In this document: positions 25,472 through 38,755 of the stretch, one piece after another | Layout: every line of letters starts with the position of its first letter | How positions within the stretch are numbered: position 1 is the stretch's first letter | NCBI RefSeq assembly: GCF_006345805.1 | Contig: NC_043015.1 | Span: 21,948,001 to 22,012,000, forward strand | DNA length: 64,000 nt | From: Octopus sinensis | Lineage: Eukaryota | Direction: 5' to 3' | Position numbers and translations under genes: made by a program | The notes under the pieces: generated by a model | The model's input: the letters and a program-made list of their open reading frames with translations, nothing else | Databases searched by the model: none | What the model was told of the DNA's origin: nothing

Positions 25472-25682
25472 TTACTGTTATTTTAACTTGTCTCCATTGT
25501 CCGGAAATCTTTCGACACACATCTGTGACCTCTTCAGGTACACTTACTTTTCTCGTGTATGATATTTCATCATTTAGCGGACCAGAAGCACGCAGGAACC
25601 AGAATGTATCACTTAAGAGGTCAGAAATGTGTGACGAAAGATTTCCAGACAATGGACATGAGTTGGAATAAGAACAGTAATA
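25472..25682. repeat. ~70-bp-arm inverted repeat with decayed hammerhead-like cores
   Basis: Arms are 25472-25542 and 25606-25682. Minus arm: CTGAAGA G GTCACA GATG TGTGTC GAAA. Plus arm: CTTAAGA G GTCAGA AATG TGTGAC GAAA. Confidence 0.75.
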
Positions 25683-25753
25683 AGCTAGTGGAGAACATAT
25701 ATATAGTCCGAAAATTTATTAGGCAAAAAGGAAAAAAAAACAGAAAAAACATC

Positions 25754-25790
<37 letters not shown>

Positions 25791-25957
25791 TATATAGTAT
25801 TATTCTTAAACCAAGAATAATAAATTTGCACCATACAGAAGTATAGAGCAACCCTGCAGATGGATGGAAAATATTTACTTTCTTTAATCTGAACAGAAAA
25901 AACAGACATTAACATATACACTCATACCCATACACAATACACACGTAAGCGTGTGTA

Positions 25958-26019
<62 letters not shown>

Positions 26020-26904
26020 TATATATATATACATATATATATACAAGTGCGCATTTTATATTACCATTATATGCATATATATGTATGCATACGTGTATAT
26101 ATATATATATATATATAATATAATATTTATATATATGTATGTATATTATATATATATATAGAGAGAGAGAGAGAGAAAGAGAGAGAAGAAAGAGGAGAAG
26201 AAAGTGAGATAGATTAATATGTTACATAAGCGATATGAGATTTTTCTATTTCTCCCGTAGCATGTCCATCTAATATATATCGTCAGAAGAGAAAGTGCGA
26301 TGTTGTAATAAGGTGGCAACGATTCTGATACTTCTAAATTTCCCAAAAGTACAGCTTGTATTGACAGCTTTGCCATTGATATTTTGCAAATATCATCTCT
26401 AATAATCAAGGCAAGACAACAGTAAATACTTCGTGAAGAAATCGGTAGAATTGAAAGAAAAAAATAAATCCTTGGCTTTATTTCTGATATATATTTCATA
26501 CGTAACTAAAGGGGAGCATGAAGACACAAATGTAAGACAACGGTAGACAACACAGCTATTCTGAAACATACATACTCAAATGCATACAAATATATACACA
26601 CACGTATGAATATATTTACATATAAACGGGTACGTACCTCTATATGTACGTGCCTGTACACACACACACACACACGCGCGCACACAGATATATATATATA
26701 TATACGTACTTACATACACATATATATATATACATATACACACACAAAAACACACACACACACATATATATATATATAATATATATACACACAAATTTAC
26801 TTGTAAGTAGAAAGGAAATGAAGATTGAAAATATTCAGAAGATGAATATTCATGCATCTCTACATACATACATACATACATACATACACACACACAAACA
26901 CACA

Positions 26905-27600
26905 GAAGGAAACAACATGCAATTTAATACAGGCAAATTTCAAGACCTCCGCTGGCAGTGCTCAGGGAACGCAATAACGATACTTTGGATCAAAAGAAAC
27001 GGCAATGTCACAATCACACACAGACTGCGACCTCAGGATTGATATTACCATCAAAGCCTCGTGTCACATACATATCACTACGATAGTGTCAGTGAGCGGG
27101 CGAATAGCCGGATGGATTTTCAGAACCTTCTGAACAAGAGACCAGAAAACTATGCTGGTTCTATGGAAGACATTATTCCTCAGCCGTTTCAGCTCCCAAC
27201 TGTGGTCACCCTACATTACCAGACTAATAGCGGAACTTGAGGCATTCAGCGATGTTAAAAATAAGGAAGGTTGCTTCAATGTAACAGCTGAGTTATTGGG
27301 AAATAATTAGAACTCTTCTCCCTGGAGTGAAGACGGGAGAGGTATGCAGTTATATATATATATGAAGATCCTGGAGAGGCTGCTACCAAACTTTAGAATC
27401 GAATTGAACATTACTGCACTGGTCCAAATGTCCCAGGTATCCCATCTAGTGCGAGGACCATGTACTGCAATAGCTAGGGATTCAAAGGCCCGTAGATATT
27501 TTACATCTTGCCAAAATAACATGGAGTGGGAGGGGACGTTTTGAAGTAACAGCTTAGCCTTCTGCTATCCAACGACCCAAATCAACCAATATCAAAGCAG
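26905..27600 (+). mobile_element. Decayed CR1-clade LINE 3' ORF2 fragment
   Basis: NNMQFNTGKFQDLR, AGWIFRTF, TMLVLWKTLFLSR, RRERYAVIYI..KILERLLPNF; homologous to the element at 60086-61810. Confidence 0.85.
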
Positions 27601-27724
27601 GAGAGTCAAAAGAGTGCATTAATGAAGACAATCCAGTCACATAACGTTGACCATTCAAAAGTGATCACACTGGTGTTGCCCCAGAATGGTTAGTCTTAGG
27701 GCTGAAAGGTGTTAAGGTATCCAA

Positions 27725-27773
<49 letters not shown>

Positions 27774-28027
27774 CGAAAACGCTAACAATTGTCTTTGTTG
27801 CTTATGAAATATCGATTGTTCATCGGACGAAGTGAGTTTATAAAATTAGTGAAAATTATCTGAAAGTATTTGCTTTGGTTAATCTGTTAGATTGTATATT
27901 GGAATGAAAATCTATTCAAGAAATGTCTATAACCGTGTAATTCAAAATCCATGACTATATAAATAAGTGGATTCCAAGTATAAAAAATATATTCGTGCTA
28001 TTTTCGTATGGCATCAAGTAGAATTCA

Positions 28028-28127
28028 NNNNNNNNNNNNNNNNNNNNNNNNNNNNNNNNNNNNNNNNNNNNNNNNNNNNNNNNNNNNNNNNNNNNNNNNN
28101 NNNNNNNNNNNNNNNNNNNNNNNNNNN
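28028..28127. other. Assembly gap (100 N)
   Basis: Run of exactly 100 N. Confidence 1.
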
Positions 28128-28690
28128 GCGACCTCAGGATTGATATTACCATCAAAGCCTCGTGTCACATACATATCACTACGATAGTGTCAGTGAGCGG
28201 CGAATAGCCGGATGGATTTTCAGAACCTTCTGAACAGGAACCAGAAAACTATGCTGGTTCTATGGAAGACATTATTCCTCAGCCCGTTTTCAGCTCCCAC
28301 TGTGGTCACCCTACATTACCAGACTAATAGCGGAACTGAGGCATTCAGCGATGTTAAAAATAAGGAAGGGTGCCTTCAATGTAAACAGCTGAGTTATGGG
28401 AAAATAATTAGAACTCTTCTCCCTGGAGTGAAGACGGAGAGGTATGCAGTGCTATGATATATATATGAAGATCCTGGAGAGGCTGCTACCAAACTTAGAA
28501 TCGAATTGAACATTACTGCACTGGTCCAAAGTCCCAGGTATCCCATCTAGTGCGAGGACCATGTACTGCAATAGCTAGGGATTCAAAGGCCCGTAGATAT
28601 TTTACATCTTGCCAAAATAACATGGAGTGGGAGGGGACGTTTTGAAGTAACAGCTTAGCCTTTCGCTATCAACGACCCAAATCAACCAAT
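28128..28690 (+). mobile_element. Second (duplicated) copy of the decayed CR1 fragment
   Basis: Near-identical to 27027-27590. Confidence 0.8.
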
Positions 28691-29249
28691 ATCAAAGCAG
28701 GAGAGTCAAAAGAGTGCATTAATGAAGACAATCCAGTCACATAAGTTGACCATTCAAAAGTGATCACACTGTGTTGCCCCAGAATGGTTAGTCTTAGGGC
28801 TGAAAGGTGTTAAGGTATCAAGGATAGATATATATATAGAATATATGTATATATATATATATATATATATACATCCGAAAAACGCTAACAATTGTCTTTG
28901 TTTGCTTATGAAATATCGATTGTTCATCGGGACGAAGTGAGTTTATAAATTAGTGAAAATTATCTGAAAGTATTTGCTTTGGTTAATCTGTTAGATTGTA
29001 TATTGGAATGAAAATCTATTCAAGAAATGTCTATAACCGTGTAATTCAAAATCCATGACTATATAAATAAGTGGATTCCAAGTATAAAAAATATATTCGT
29101 GCTATTTTCGTATGGCATCAAGTAGAATTCAATGCTGCTTATCTCTCTCTCTATCTATCTCTCTCCCCATATATATATGTATATATATATATATATGTAT
29201 ATATTTATATATATGTATATATATACGTATATATATATAGTACATACCT

Positions 29250-29286
29250 ACCAACCAAATACTATCTTCTATCTATCTATCTATCT

Positions 29287-29324
<38 letters not shown>

Positions 29325-29391
29325 CATCTATTATCTATCATATCTATCTATCTATCTCTCCATCATCTATCTATCTATCTATCTATCTATA

Positions 29392-29423
<32 letters not shown>

Positions 29424-29445
29424 ATCTATCTATCATCTATCTATT
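29250..29445. repeat. (TCTA)n tetranucleotide microsatellite
   Basis: Directly visible. Confidence 0.95.
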
Positions 29446-30137
29446 ACCATTCTCTGTAGCATTGATTCGTTGGAAGGTAATCGCTGTTGAAAACGGCGCC
29501 ACTTTGTGCATTAGGAATGGATTATTTCATGAATAAAATGCATTGACAAATTGGTTTGTAAATGTAGTATATGCCTACAAATATGTGGGCGAACGTACAG
29601 ACACACACATACACGCATATATATATATATATAATATATATATATATATATTTTATAATATATATATATATCTTATACATATGTGTGTGTTGTGACTGTT
29701 TGTAGTTGATAGATATGGTTTACGTGTGATGTTTTATATATTATATGTATATATATATATATATTTAAATATATACATATATCACGTGGCATAATAGAAG
29801 CGCAGTAAAACTAAAATATACACTAACAATGATAACAATATTAGAAACAACAATACCATCTACAGAGGCAAGAATAATACGAAGTGCAACATCAGAAAAG
29901 ATAACACAAAAGGCAACGCTTGCTCTGGTATTATTAATGATTCTTTAATTCGCCTGCCGAAATAATTGTTCGCTTCACTGCTGTGCGTAAATAAAGTTAT
30001 TGAATTTGACACGCACATGTACTCACACATATATTACCCCAAATTCATTTGCTCTCTATCTCACTATTTATATCCTACTATTACCCTCGCTTTAATATAG
30101 TGTATATAAAAGTATGTATGTGTGTATATAATCCTCT

Positions 30138-30169
<32 letters not shown>

Positions 30170-30229
30170 TGTGTGTGTGCGTGTGTGTTGTGTGTACTAA
30201 GTAACTAAATGATTATACATAATAAATGG

Positions 30230-30400
30230 AATGAAGAATAAAAAAGACGACACAGCAGTAACAGTTTTCGGCAGATAAAATATTAGTTTAGCATTAACAA
30301 AAATCAGTTTTGACGTTTCAGATTTTAGCTCTTTATCAGAAAGAACTGTGAGAGAAGCACAGCAAAACGAACATAGAAGGACGAAAACTTAAGAAGAATG
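30230..30400 (-). mobile_element. Decayed PLE-type terminal repeat with a hammerhead remnant (30308-30343)
   Basis: Minus strand reads TTT CTGATAA A GAGC TAAA ATCT GAAAC GTC AAAA; same layout as 21651-21686. Confidence 0.45.
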
Positions 30401-33070
30401 GGTGTAAAGGAGAGATATTTGGATATATAGTGGTTATGCTGAACAATGAGTAAGTACAAAGGGGGTTAGATTGGTAAACTGTTCGCCTGTTCCTCGAAGA
30501 AGGGATGAGGAGATTTGTGTGTGCGCAAGTGTTGTGAATGTGCTATTGCAGTATATGTATAGGTGTTGAAGTGCATATTGAATGATAGATGTCACGGTGA
30601 GTGTGGCGTATTTATGTGTGTGTTTGTGTTGTACTAAGTTGAAGTTTTTAAGCGCATATATGAGACGGTATTGACCGATATAAGGAAATAAATTAATTTG
30701 GCAACTGCAATGAAGGAAGTGTTTTTAATACTTTGCACGTGTATAAATTTTACGTTTTTTCTCATAAAAATAAATTATCGATAAGAAGAATTAAACAGAA
30801 ATTTAATAAAGAGAGAAAACTGAGTGAATTTTCTCAAAGAATTACACATATATAGTCAAGGTCTGATTTGGGTAAGAAAATAATAAAATCCACAAAGGAG
30901 ACGTAAAACCCGTGATGAAGAAATATAAAATCCATCAAGAAAAAATAACTGGTGAACTTTTGAATATAAAGACGTCACATACGTGCTGGGACCGTGACGG
31001 GTGTAGTGTAATAGGAACATGGCGTTGAGACGTCAATAAGTTTTTTTCTTTCCTTGCTTTAGGAAAAGACGATATTAAAGATAGGGAAGCCGAATCAGCA
31101 TCAGATTTATCGTAGGTGTGTGATTGATGGCAAAATAAAATCAGTAGCGGTTAAGTAGAACCGACAAGTTAAGGGATAAGATTCACACCTGTCAGCCAAA
31201 ATGAAAATGACGAAATGTGGAAGTATTTGTGTGGAATGAGGTGTCACTGAGTAACGAGTGAGTGATGAGTGAGTGATAAGTGATTGATAAGTGAGTGAGT
31301 TTACGTGTGTGCGGGAAGTGTAGCTGAGTGCGTCTGCTTTTGCTTACCTTCGACATGAATATATGGATGGATAAGCAAAAAGTGAGGTGTGTATTTACAT
31401 GCATGGCACGTTTGTGTGCGTGAGCGCAGGTCCGAGTGGGTAAATGTGCGTCGGCGTGCTATTGGGTATGTGTACTTTAAAGGCACAAGGTGGCGTATGA
31501 CAAGAGTTAATTTCGTGCATGCTTATATATGAGAAGAATAGTTTTATGTAGATATGGCTGTGCTCTATGACCGTATGTGGGAATAGCGTGTGAGCATGGC
31601 GTGGTTTGTATTAAGGCTAGCACAAGATGATTTAATTATACATTTCATTGTGCTTAGCCTTAGATAAATCATCTGTTATTCGAAACAACTTTTGGCTAAT
31701 GGTCTTCCAAGAATGATTAGAGCGTAAATAATTCATACACACTGTTACGTCGTGTTCATCTCTTCATACACGCAGCGTGTGCAAGGTTTTTGAATTTAAA
31801 ATGGTCTTGTATATATTTGCATTTATTACTTATTTGTCATTAATGAGATATGGTTTCCATTGCTATATATAAACTCGTTCCTTGACACTTGTATTACTCT
31901 GGTTAAATATTGTCTCACACATATGGTTTAAGATTGAATATGGAAAGGAGGAAACTTTAATTTGTCACTCTCTCTGTGAAAATGACAGCTAAACTACTTT
32001 CTTATAATACGCTGCGGTCCTAAAAAAGTGTAATGTTACATTATTAAATGCAGCAGCACTAGATCTCAGATGAAAATAATGTTATTTTATCATCCTTTTA
32101 AATAGAACGTCTTTGAAGTTCTACACGGTCAGGACTAGCCTCGGACACACGGCACATCCATCAGCATGTTCACCATTCTACTGTCACACTCCTAAAGAAC
32201 GAGACAGTCTATACGTACTTGGGTGTCCTCTCAGAAATAGTAACAGAAATTTCTTTATAATTATCTATCCCTATCTCTTAGAAAAGGTTAAATTAGATGA
32301 CTCTAGGTTCAGGAGACATAGGAAAAGACATTGTCCTTGAATGAATGCTTTAATTCTAACACTTCTCACTCAAAGCTGAACTAATGTAGATATAGATACT
32401 AAGTACACAATGAGCAACAGCTATTATACTTAAACGAAATATCGCATCCACCTGTCTCAAGTATTGGGGTAGCAATTATTTGAACTGTTATTTTAAATGA
32501 CTCTATATTCTGGGTAGAAACCTGTTGTCATAAAAGTATTCGATTAAGACGTAGATGGGGGTTAAACAATCCCCAGCTACCACAAACACTACTACAACAA
32601 ATACCCCCAGCCGTATTATTATGAACCACCCACCGCAGGTATGGCAAGGATGTAACACTGGATAAGCATCAAGGTAGGAGAATACGAAACAGTTTTTGAT
32701 GACTTTACAAAGTTCTACTTATGTTAGCGAGTGTTTTTTTTAAACTTAAACGTAGGACTTTTGCCTATTTTACAATTACCATAAAATAAATATTTATTCC
32801 TTATCTAACATCCTGGGTGCAAATATTATGATATTTTTTTATTGCATAAACGTTTTTTTTAATAATTTCTAAGTGGTTTTGTATACATTTGTATACATTA
32901 CTTATTGTGCATTTATGATCTAATAAACGGGTTTTCATTACGTTGAATCATTGTCTCTTGTTTACTAAGCTCTCCTTACTCATGTCATAAATTTATTTCC
33001 AAAAGAAAAAAATGTTCTCAAACAACGAGAAATACGCATTAATGGCATCTGAAATCCCTGAGGTAGCCGT

Positions 33071-33108
<38 letters not shown>

Positions 33109-33751
33109 GTGTGTGTGTGTGTGTGTGTGTGTGTGTTTAAGTTTATTTGTACATGTAAACACAAGCGTACATGCGCATACACTTCTGTGCGTACGTCTAC
33201 ATGTGTCTGTGTGTGTTTTTGGCAATGTGATTACGTCAGAGGAAACCATTATATTGTGAAATGTCTTGAGGAAAATATACCGCAAACTGTGTGCGAATGT
33301 TTACGTTTTTCTTCGAACAAATAACGAATTTCAAGTTTACCCATGCTATCTGATCGAATGTGGAGAAAGTAAAATAGAAATATTCACCTCCTCTCAGTAA
33401 GGGGGAGGAATTCGTATTAAATGTCGAAGTCATGATCCATTATGATCCCACCTGGAAATCTAACTTGGCTTTTGTGTTGAAATTGAAACGTTATTTCTGT
33501 ATTAAATTCATCACGGCTTTCTATTGGTGACACACGTATCGGTGACATTTATGTTTATTTCCTATCGTTTCAGTTGTGAACTAGTCTATATATATACACG
33601 GAGACACGCACACATGCATACACGCGTATGTATGTATGTGCTGGTATATTTGGCGACGGTCATATAAACACATGCACTGTTTATTTTATCTTGACTTTAT
33701 ATTTATTACTGGAATCCTTTCGATAAATCTACCTCTATGTATGTAAATATT

Positions 33752-33784
<33 letters not shown>

Positions 33785-34399
33785 ATGAATATCAATAGAT
33801 GTACTGGTGTCAGTCCATTACGGCCGTTTCTAACGACTCCTTTAATTGTTTAATGAAAACATTACATCATTTTACGGGAACCGGTTTCATTAGATGAATT
33901 CATGAACTTCAAACTAAAGGACATTCAAAATGATTTAGCATCATTTAAAATCTATTCTGCCAAGTGTAATTGTTGCCAAATCACTAAAAATATTTTCGCA
34001 CCGTGGATTTTGAACAATGTTAAATCATTCTGAGTGTTTTGGGAATTACTCTGACGAAGACGGTTTCTTTACAATGATGCAATGTTTTCATTAGTCGATT
34101 AAAGGAGTCCTTAGAAACGGCCGTAATGGATTGACACCTGTACCTCTACTGTTTATAATTTTTAATTTATTCACCTCTAGCGGAGTTTGTTCTACGTAAA
34201 CATTATATGCAGTATATTCAAGACATTGTACATATTTCAACGGCTCAAGAGCGTTTTTTGTCACACCACTAGGTATAATTTTTTTCACACACTGCGAGAA
34301 TATCATTCGCCCGGTAATTGTGAGCAAGTTTGATATTTACTTAATATTGTTATGGGTTTATATTATTCCGAACGAAAGAGGTGCCTCAGTTTACCTAGG

Positions 34400-34478
<79 letters not shown>

Positions 34479-34479
<1 letters not shown>

Positions 34480-34688
34480 CTACAAAATTAGAGAATGGAG
34501 AAATATACTTAAATCAGTAAAACATCAACTATCCGATGATACTCAATCCATACTTTAATACACCATTACATATGATTTGTTTGACAATTTTTAACATCTA
34601 TGTATTAATTTTGTTGGGTACCTATCTAGCAGTATATTGGATATATATTATCCCATGGTGGGTTGAATTCTCAACCCCTATCTCATTT

Positions 34689-34690
<2 letters not shown>
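34479..34690 (+). repeat. Interspersed repeat embedded in (TA)n; second copy at 45041-45271
   Basis: Both copies share actacaaaattag..tacctatctagcagtatattggatata..atcccatggtgggttgaatt(c/t)tcaacccctatctcatttt. Confidence 0.85.
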
Positions 34691-34721
<31 letters not shown>

Positions 34722-34761
34722 GTCAGCTTACATCGGAAGCATACATATATATATATATATA

Positions 34762-34818
<57 letters not shown>

Positions 34819-35158
34819 ATTATAATATATATATTATATATATAATATATATATATATGAGATAAAGGAAATCTGGACTTTAGGAGAACGAACTGGAAAC
34901 AAGTTTAGAGGATTGTATAGAATATTCCCAAAGAGCGAAAATCATGGCAGTAATTAGCTACCTCTCAATGTACCTCACAAATTCCGTCTAGAAGGTTATT
35001 ATACCCAATCTTCCAAGTTGCTTTCATACTTACTCGCCTGCCTTCGAGATTTCCTTTATTTCTAAAATACCAACACCCTTCACGCTACGATCTTTGTTCA
35101 TAAAATTACTCTGACATTCCAAAAGCTGGCGTTTATACAGTATTATGAAGTGTTATCA

Positions 35159-35290
35159 GGGGTCGGTTCGCTCAATGGTTTATAGCACTCAGTTGGAAAT
35201 GTGAGAGGTGGAGTGTTCGAGTTTCTGTTTTCGCTTGCAGGTTACATCCATTAACCGCGTCCACTAGGTGTTTTCCGAATTAGAGATTTA
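35159..35290 (+). mobile_element. Possible decayed tRNA-derived SINE head / tRNA pseudogene
   Basis: A-box-like TCGCTCAATGG and B-box-like GTTCGAGTT with tRNA-like spacing; no clean cloverleaf. Confidence 0.35.
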
Positions 35291-35422
35291 CTTCATTTCT
35301 ATAATATCAACTCATTCGACGCTACAAAGTTTCATTCATTCTCTCCCCTCTCTTTCTCTCTTTCCTCTGTCTCTTTATGTGTGTATATATATATATATAA
35401 TATATATATATATATAATATAT

Positions 35423-35464
<42 letters not shown>

Positions 35465-35902
35465 ATTATTATATACATATATATATATATCAGGAGAGAG
35501 AGAGAAAGAGAGACGTGCGTGTGTGCAATTAAATGCTTTCCTAGCTATAGACTTTATTTGCATAGATCCGAGGAAGCTATGAGAGGTTGCACAAGGTCTT
35601 AGTCTATTACTTCTTACGGAAGAAACAGTTGCAAGCTAATGTGGTTAAATACGTGTCTCCGGCTCTTTTGTCATTCAATAAATGATATACAAAGACACAC
35701 ACGAACACACACACACACGTATGTATGTACGTGTGATTATATAGAAGCGTATGTATTTCTGGCGTTGAGTGTATAAGTGACTTTCGAAACCCTACAAATA
35801 TTAGCCACTGGCGTCATTATAAAAACAGTGATTCTCAATTTGTGGACATATCGTACGTTATTCCCACCTGGGAAATTTCCACTTCTCACTGATATGAAGT
35901 AT

Positions 35903-36320
35903 ATTGAGGGTTATGTTCTGAAAAGTAACCCGGTAAACATATATTTTGAACACAGTGAATGAAGAAAAACTTCCTAGGAAACAGATTTTTAGGTGTGTTG
36001 GGCGTGCCAACGTGTTTTTATTGCATTTTGAATAAAATTGAATATCTCAAGTTGGTGATCAGAAGTTGAAGGTGACACGTCTGTTATCATTTTCCATTTT
36101 CCCTTGAGAAAATGGTCTCTAAGGTGAAAGGAAATATTCACACTGATCGACGATTAATCATCCAGAAAATTGTTAATTATTTGGACATTCCTTTTGAATC
36201 ACGTAAGGCGCTTTCGATTGAAGCGCTTTGCATCCATCGCGTGTCTGTAAAATTGGTGTGAATAATGTTTGAGTGATGATCAAAAGTTTCTCCGTTCATG
36301 CATCTGTGAAGATCTGCACT
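35903..36320 (+). mobile_element. Decayed mariner transposase fragment
   Basis: TIR-like start tattgaggg..gaaaagta. Translation KVKGNIHTDRRLIIQKIVNYLDIPFES..RVSVKLV..LSDDQK resembles mariner DRRLTIREIA..RVSAKFVPxxLTxDQK. Confidence 0.65.
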
Positions 36321-37419
36321 GACAAGGGGTGGAAATGGATTCTACTTTTATTAAATTAATTATTACTAGTTGTTGTTCTTGTTAATTAGCTCCCAGGTCA
36401 GACCTAATGAAGCAGACATAATCAAAGGCATTCCACTTGTAATCACACTGTCTTCTATTCAGATTTATTGTATCTATGACTACATTAGCATATGCAGCTT
36501 TTCTGCTATTTTTTCTGTATTGATATCGCGATATTTAACGCGCATTGGCTGATAATTCTAAAAGGTCTTGCGAGAGGTGATATGATCTCTACTTGACTAG
36601 AATTTCAGTGGTTAATGTAATATCGGTTGTATGGTGGCACTTTAGTTCTAAATACAGTAGGACAATGATTTATAGCTCCACGACTGTACTTTAAACTTCT
36701 GTTTCCGGTCAGTATATTTAGGAACACATTTCGTTACTAATATCGCTTCCCTTGATGTTGTGTCTTTTGATGGATAATCGGTTGCTATTTCTATAGAGTA
36801 GCATCTCTATATATATTTCGTTGTGTAATATCAAACGTGGAAATTTACCTTCACACTTTACAAAATAGTGAACAATGAGATCATTGCAACATCCAAATGA
36901 GGGGCGAGAAATGCACTTCTATTTAATAGAAAAGCCTTCATAGCAATATATTTCTTTAATAGGGCTTACTACGTAGGGGGCTCTCCTAAAGTAATGATAA
37001 AATGTTGGCAACAATATGTCACACACACGCGTAGTATTTCAAAGAAAACCTTCATATTGATCAGGATTTTTGTAAAATTATGCATTAAACATTTGAAGCC
37101 GAGTTCTTAATTTCTTTAGTCTTATATTTTAGTTCTTTTCCCAGCAATTTTGAGCTTCTGAATATGTTGAAATGTATGGTATCGTGGTTTCAAAGATTGC
37201 TTCTAAACCATTTAGATTTAGAAAATATCCAAACAAACAGCGCCTTAATCTGGGGTTGAGAGCGATAACATTAATAATCATTGCTGGAATTTTGTGTGTT
37301 GAAGTCTGATATATATACACACAATGCACAGTGTTTGCGAGACTGTCGGACATTGTAATACATCATTGGTTACAATGCGCTTTGCCTTGTTTAGCTTTCG
37401 AATGATGACACTCTGATGG

Positions 37420-37575
37420 AAGGATATTCCGTACCAGGGTTAGCCATTTACAGCTGGGTGGACTGGGAAAATGTGGGATGCAGTGCGTTGCTTAGGAACA
37501 CAAAACGCGAGTCCCTGAATCGAACCAACGAGTTAATGATCGTGAGTGTTATACCCTAACCACTATGCTACGCGC
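37420..37575 (-). mobile_element. Old CORE/MIR-like SINE
   Basis: cagctgggtggactgg..gtgcgttgcttaggaacacaa..gaatcgaacc..accctaaccactatgc reads as a reversed tRNA head plus a CORE-like segment. Confidence 0.55.
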
Positions 37576-37704
37576 GTTCACAGACATATATATGTGTGTG
37601 CGTGTGTTTCAACAACTGGACTGCGGCCATAATGGGGCACTGCTTTGACGAATTTTTAGTTAAATAAATCGGCCTCTTTAGTTATTTTCTTCAGCCTGGT
37701 ACGT

Positions 37705-37922
37705 ATTCTTATTACTTTATTGCCCACAATGGGCTAAACATAGAAGGGACAGACAAGGACAGATAAAAGGATTAAGTCGATTAAGCTGGTACTTAATTTA
37801 TTGACCCCGAAAGGATGGAAGGCAAAGTCGACGTCGGCGGAACTTGAACTCAGAACGTAAAGGCAAACGAAACACCACTATAATTTCGCCCGGCGTGCTA
37901 CCGTTTCTGCCAGCTCGCCGCT
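37705..37922 (-). mobile_element. Family-1 SINE (tail type 1)
   Basis: Reverse complement of the 8388-8619 type. Confidence 0.85.
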
Positions 37923-38053
37923 TTTTTGTACTTATTTTGTCGGAATTCTTTACAGAACGCAGGTTTACGGGGAAGTAAATACACCAGCACCGGTTTTCGA
38001 GCAACAGTCTGGGTAAAAGACACACATAGCTCTCTCTCTCTCGCTCTCTCTCT

Positions 38054-38100
<47 letters not shown>

Positions 38101-38103
<3 letters not shown>

Positions 38104-38230
38104 CGATTCAGTTTCCGTGTACCAATCCACTCAAAAGGGTTTGGTTGTCCCGAGGTTAAAGTAGAGGGCACTTACAAGAGGTGACACGCAGTGAAACTGA
38201 ACCTGGAACCATGCGGTTGGGAAGCAAGTA
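38101..38230 (-). mobile_element. Family-2 SINE 5' half
   Basis: cagtttccgtgtaccaatccactc..actgaacctggaaccatgcggttggg; homologous to 62690-62830. Confidence 0.75.
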
Positions 38231-38622
38231 TCAAATCCTGCCTACGCTTAATAATGTTTATTATTTTTATATAATCCTTAGCCATCATCTGACCTTAGCG
38301 TCGTTCGTTCTCAAATGTGAATATAATTTTCTTTTAGTTTTCTAGATTATTTATAACTTTTTTCTTCCCTTTAAACTTGCTAAATACTTTTGGAATCCTA
38401 CAGTAAATTTTCCACAATGGTTTCCTACTTTCACACGTCACGTATCTTTCGAGTCCTGTGTTTGTAGTAAATATCATGTCTATATGTAAGTCTTTGTGTG
38501 ATCTATTCTAAATCATATTATTAATTTATTTTCTTTTTTTCGGAAATCACTTAACACACCATTCAGAATATTGCAACAGTGACTATTGTTTTGAAGACAC
38601 TACATACATACACACAATATTG

Positions 38623-38661
<39 letters not shown>

Positions 38662-38722
38662 ATATACATATATATAAATATATGTGTGTGTAATTATAAG
38701 TATACATTTACGTTTATATATG

Positions 38723-38755
<33 letters not shown>

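Larger units (their letters stand above)
27027..29131 (+). repeat. ~1-kb direct duplication (27027-28027 and 28128-29131) flanking a gap
   Basis: Both copies start gcgacctcaggattg and end agtagaattca. They differ mainly by 1-bp indels. Confidence 0.95.
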
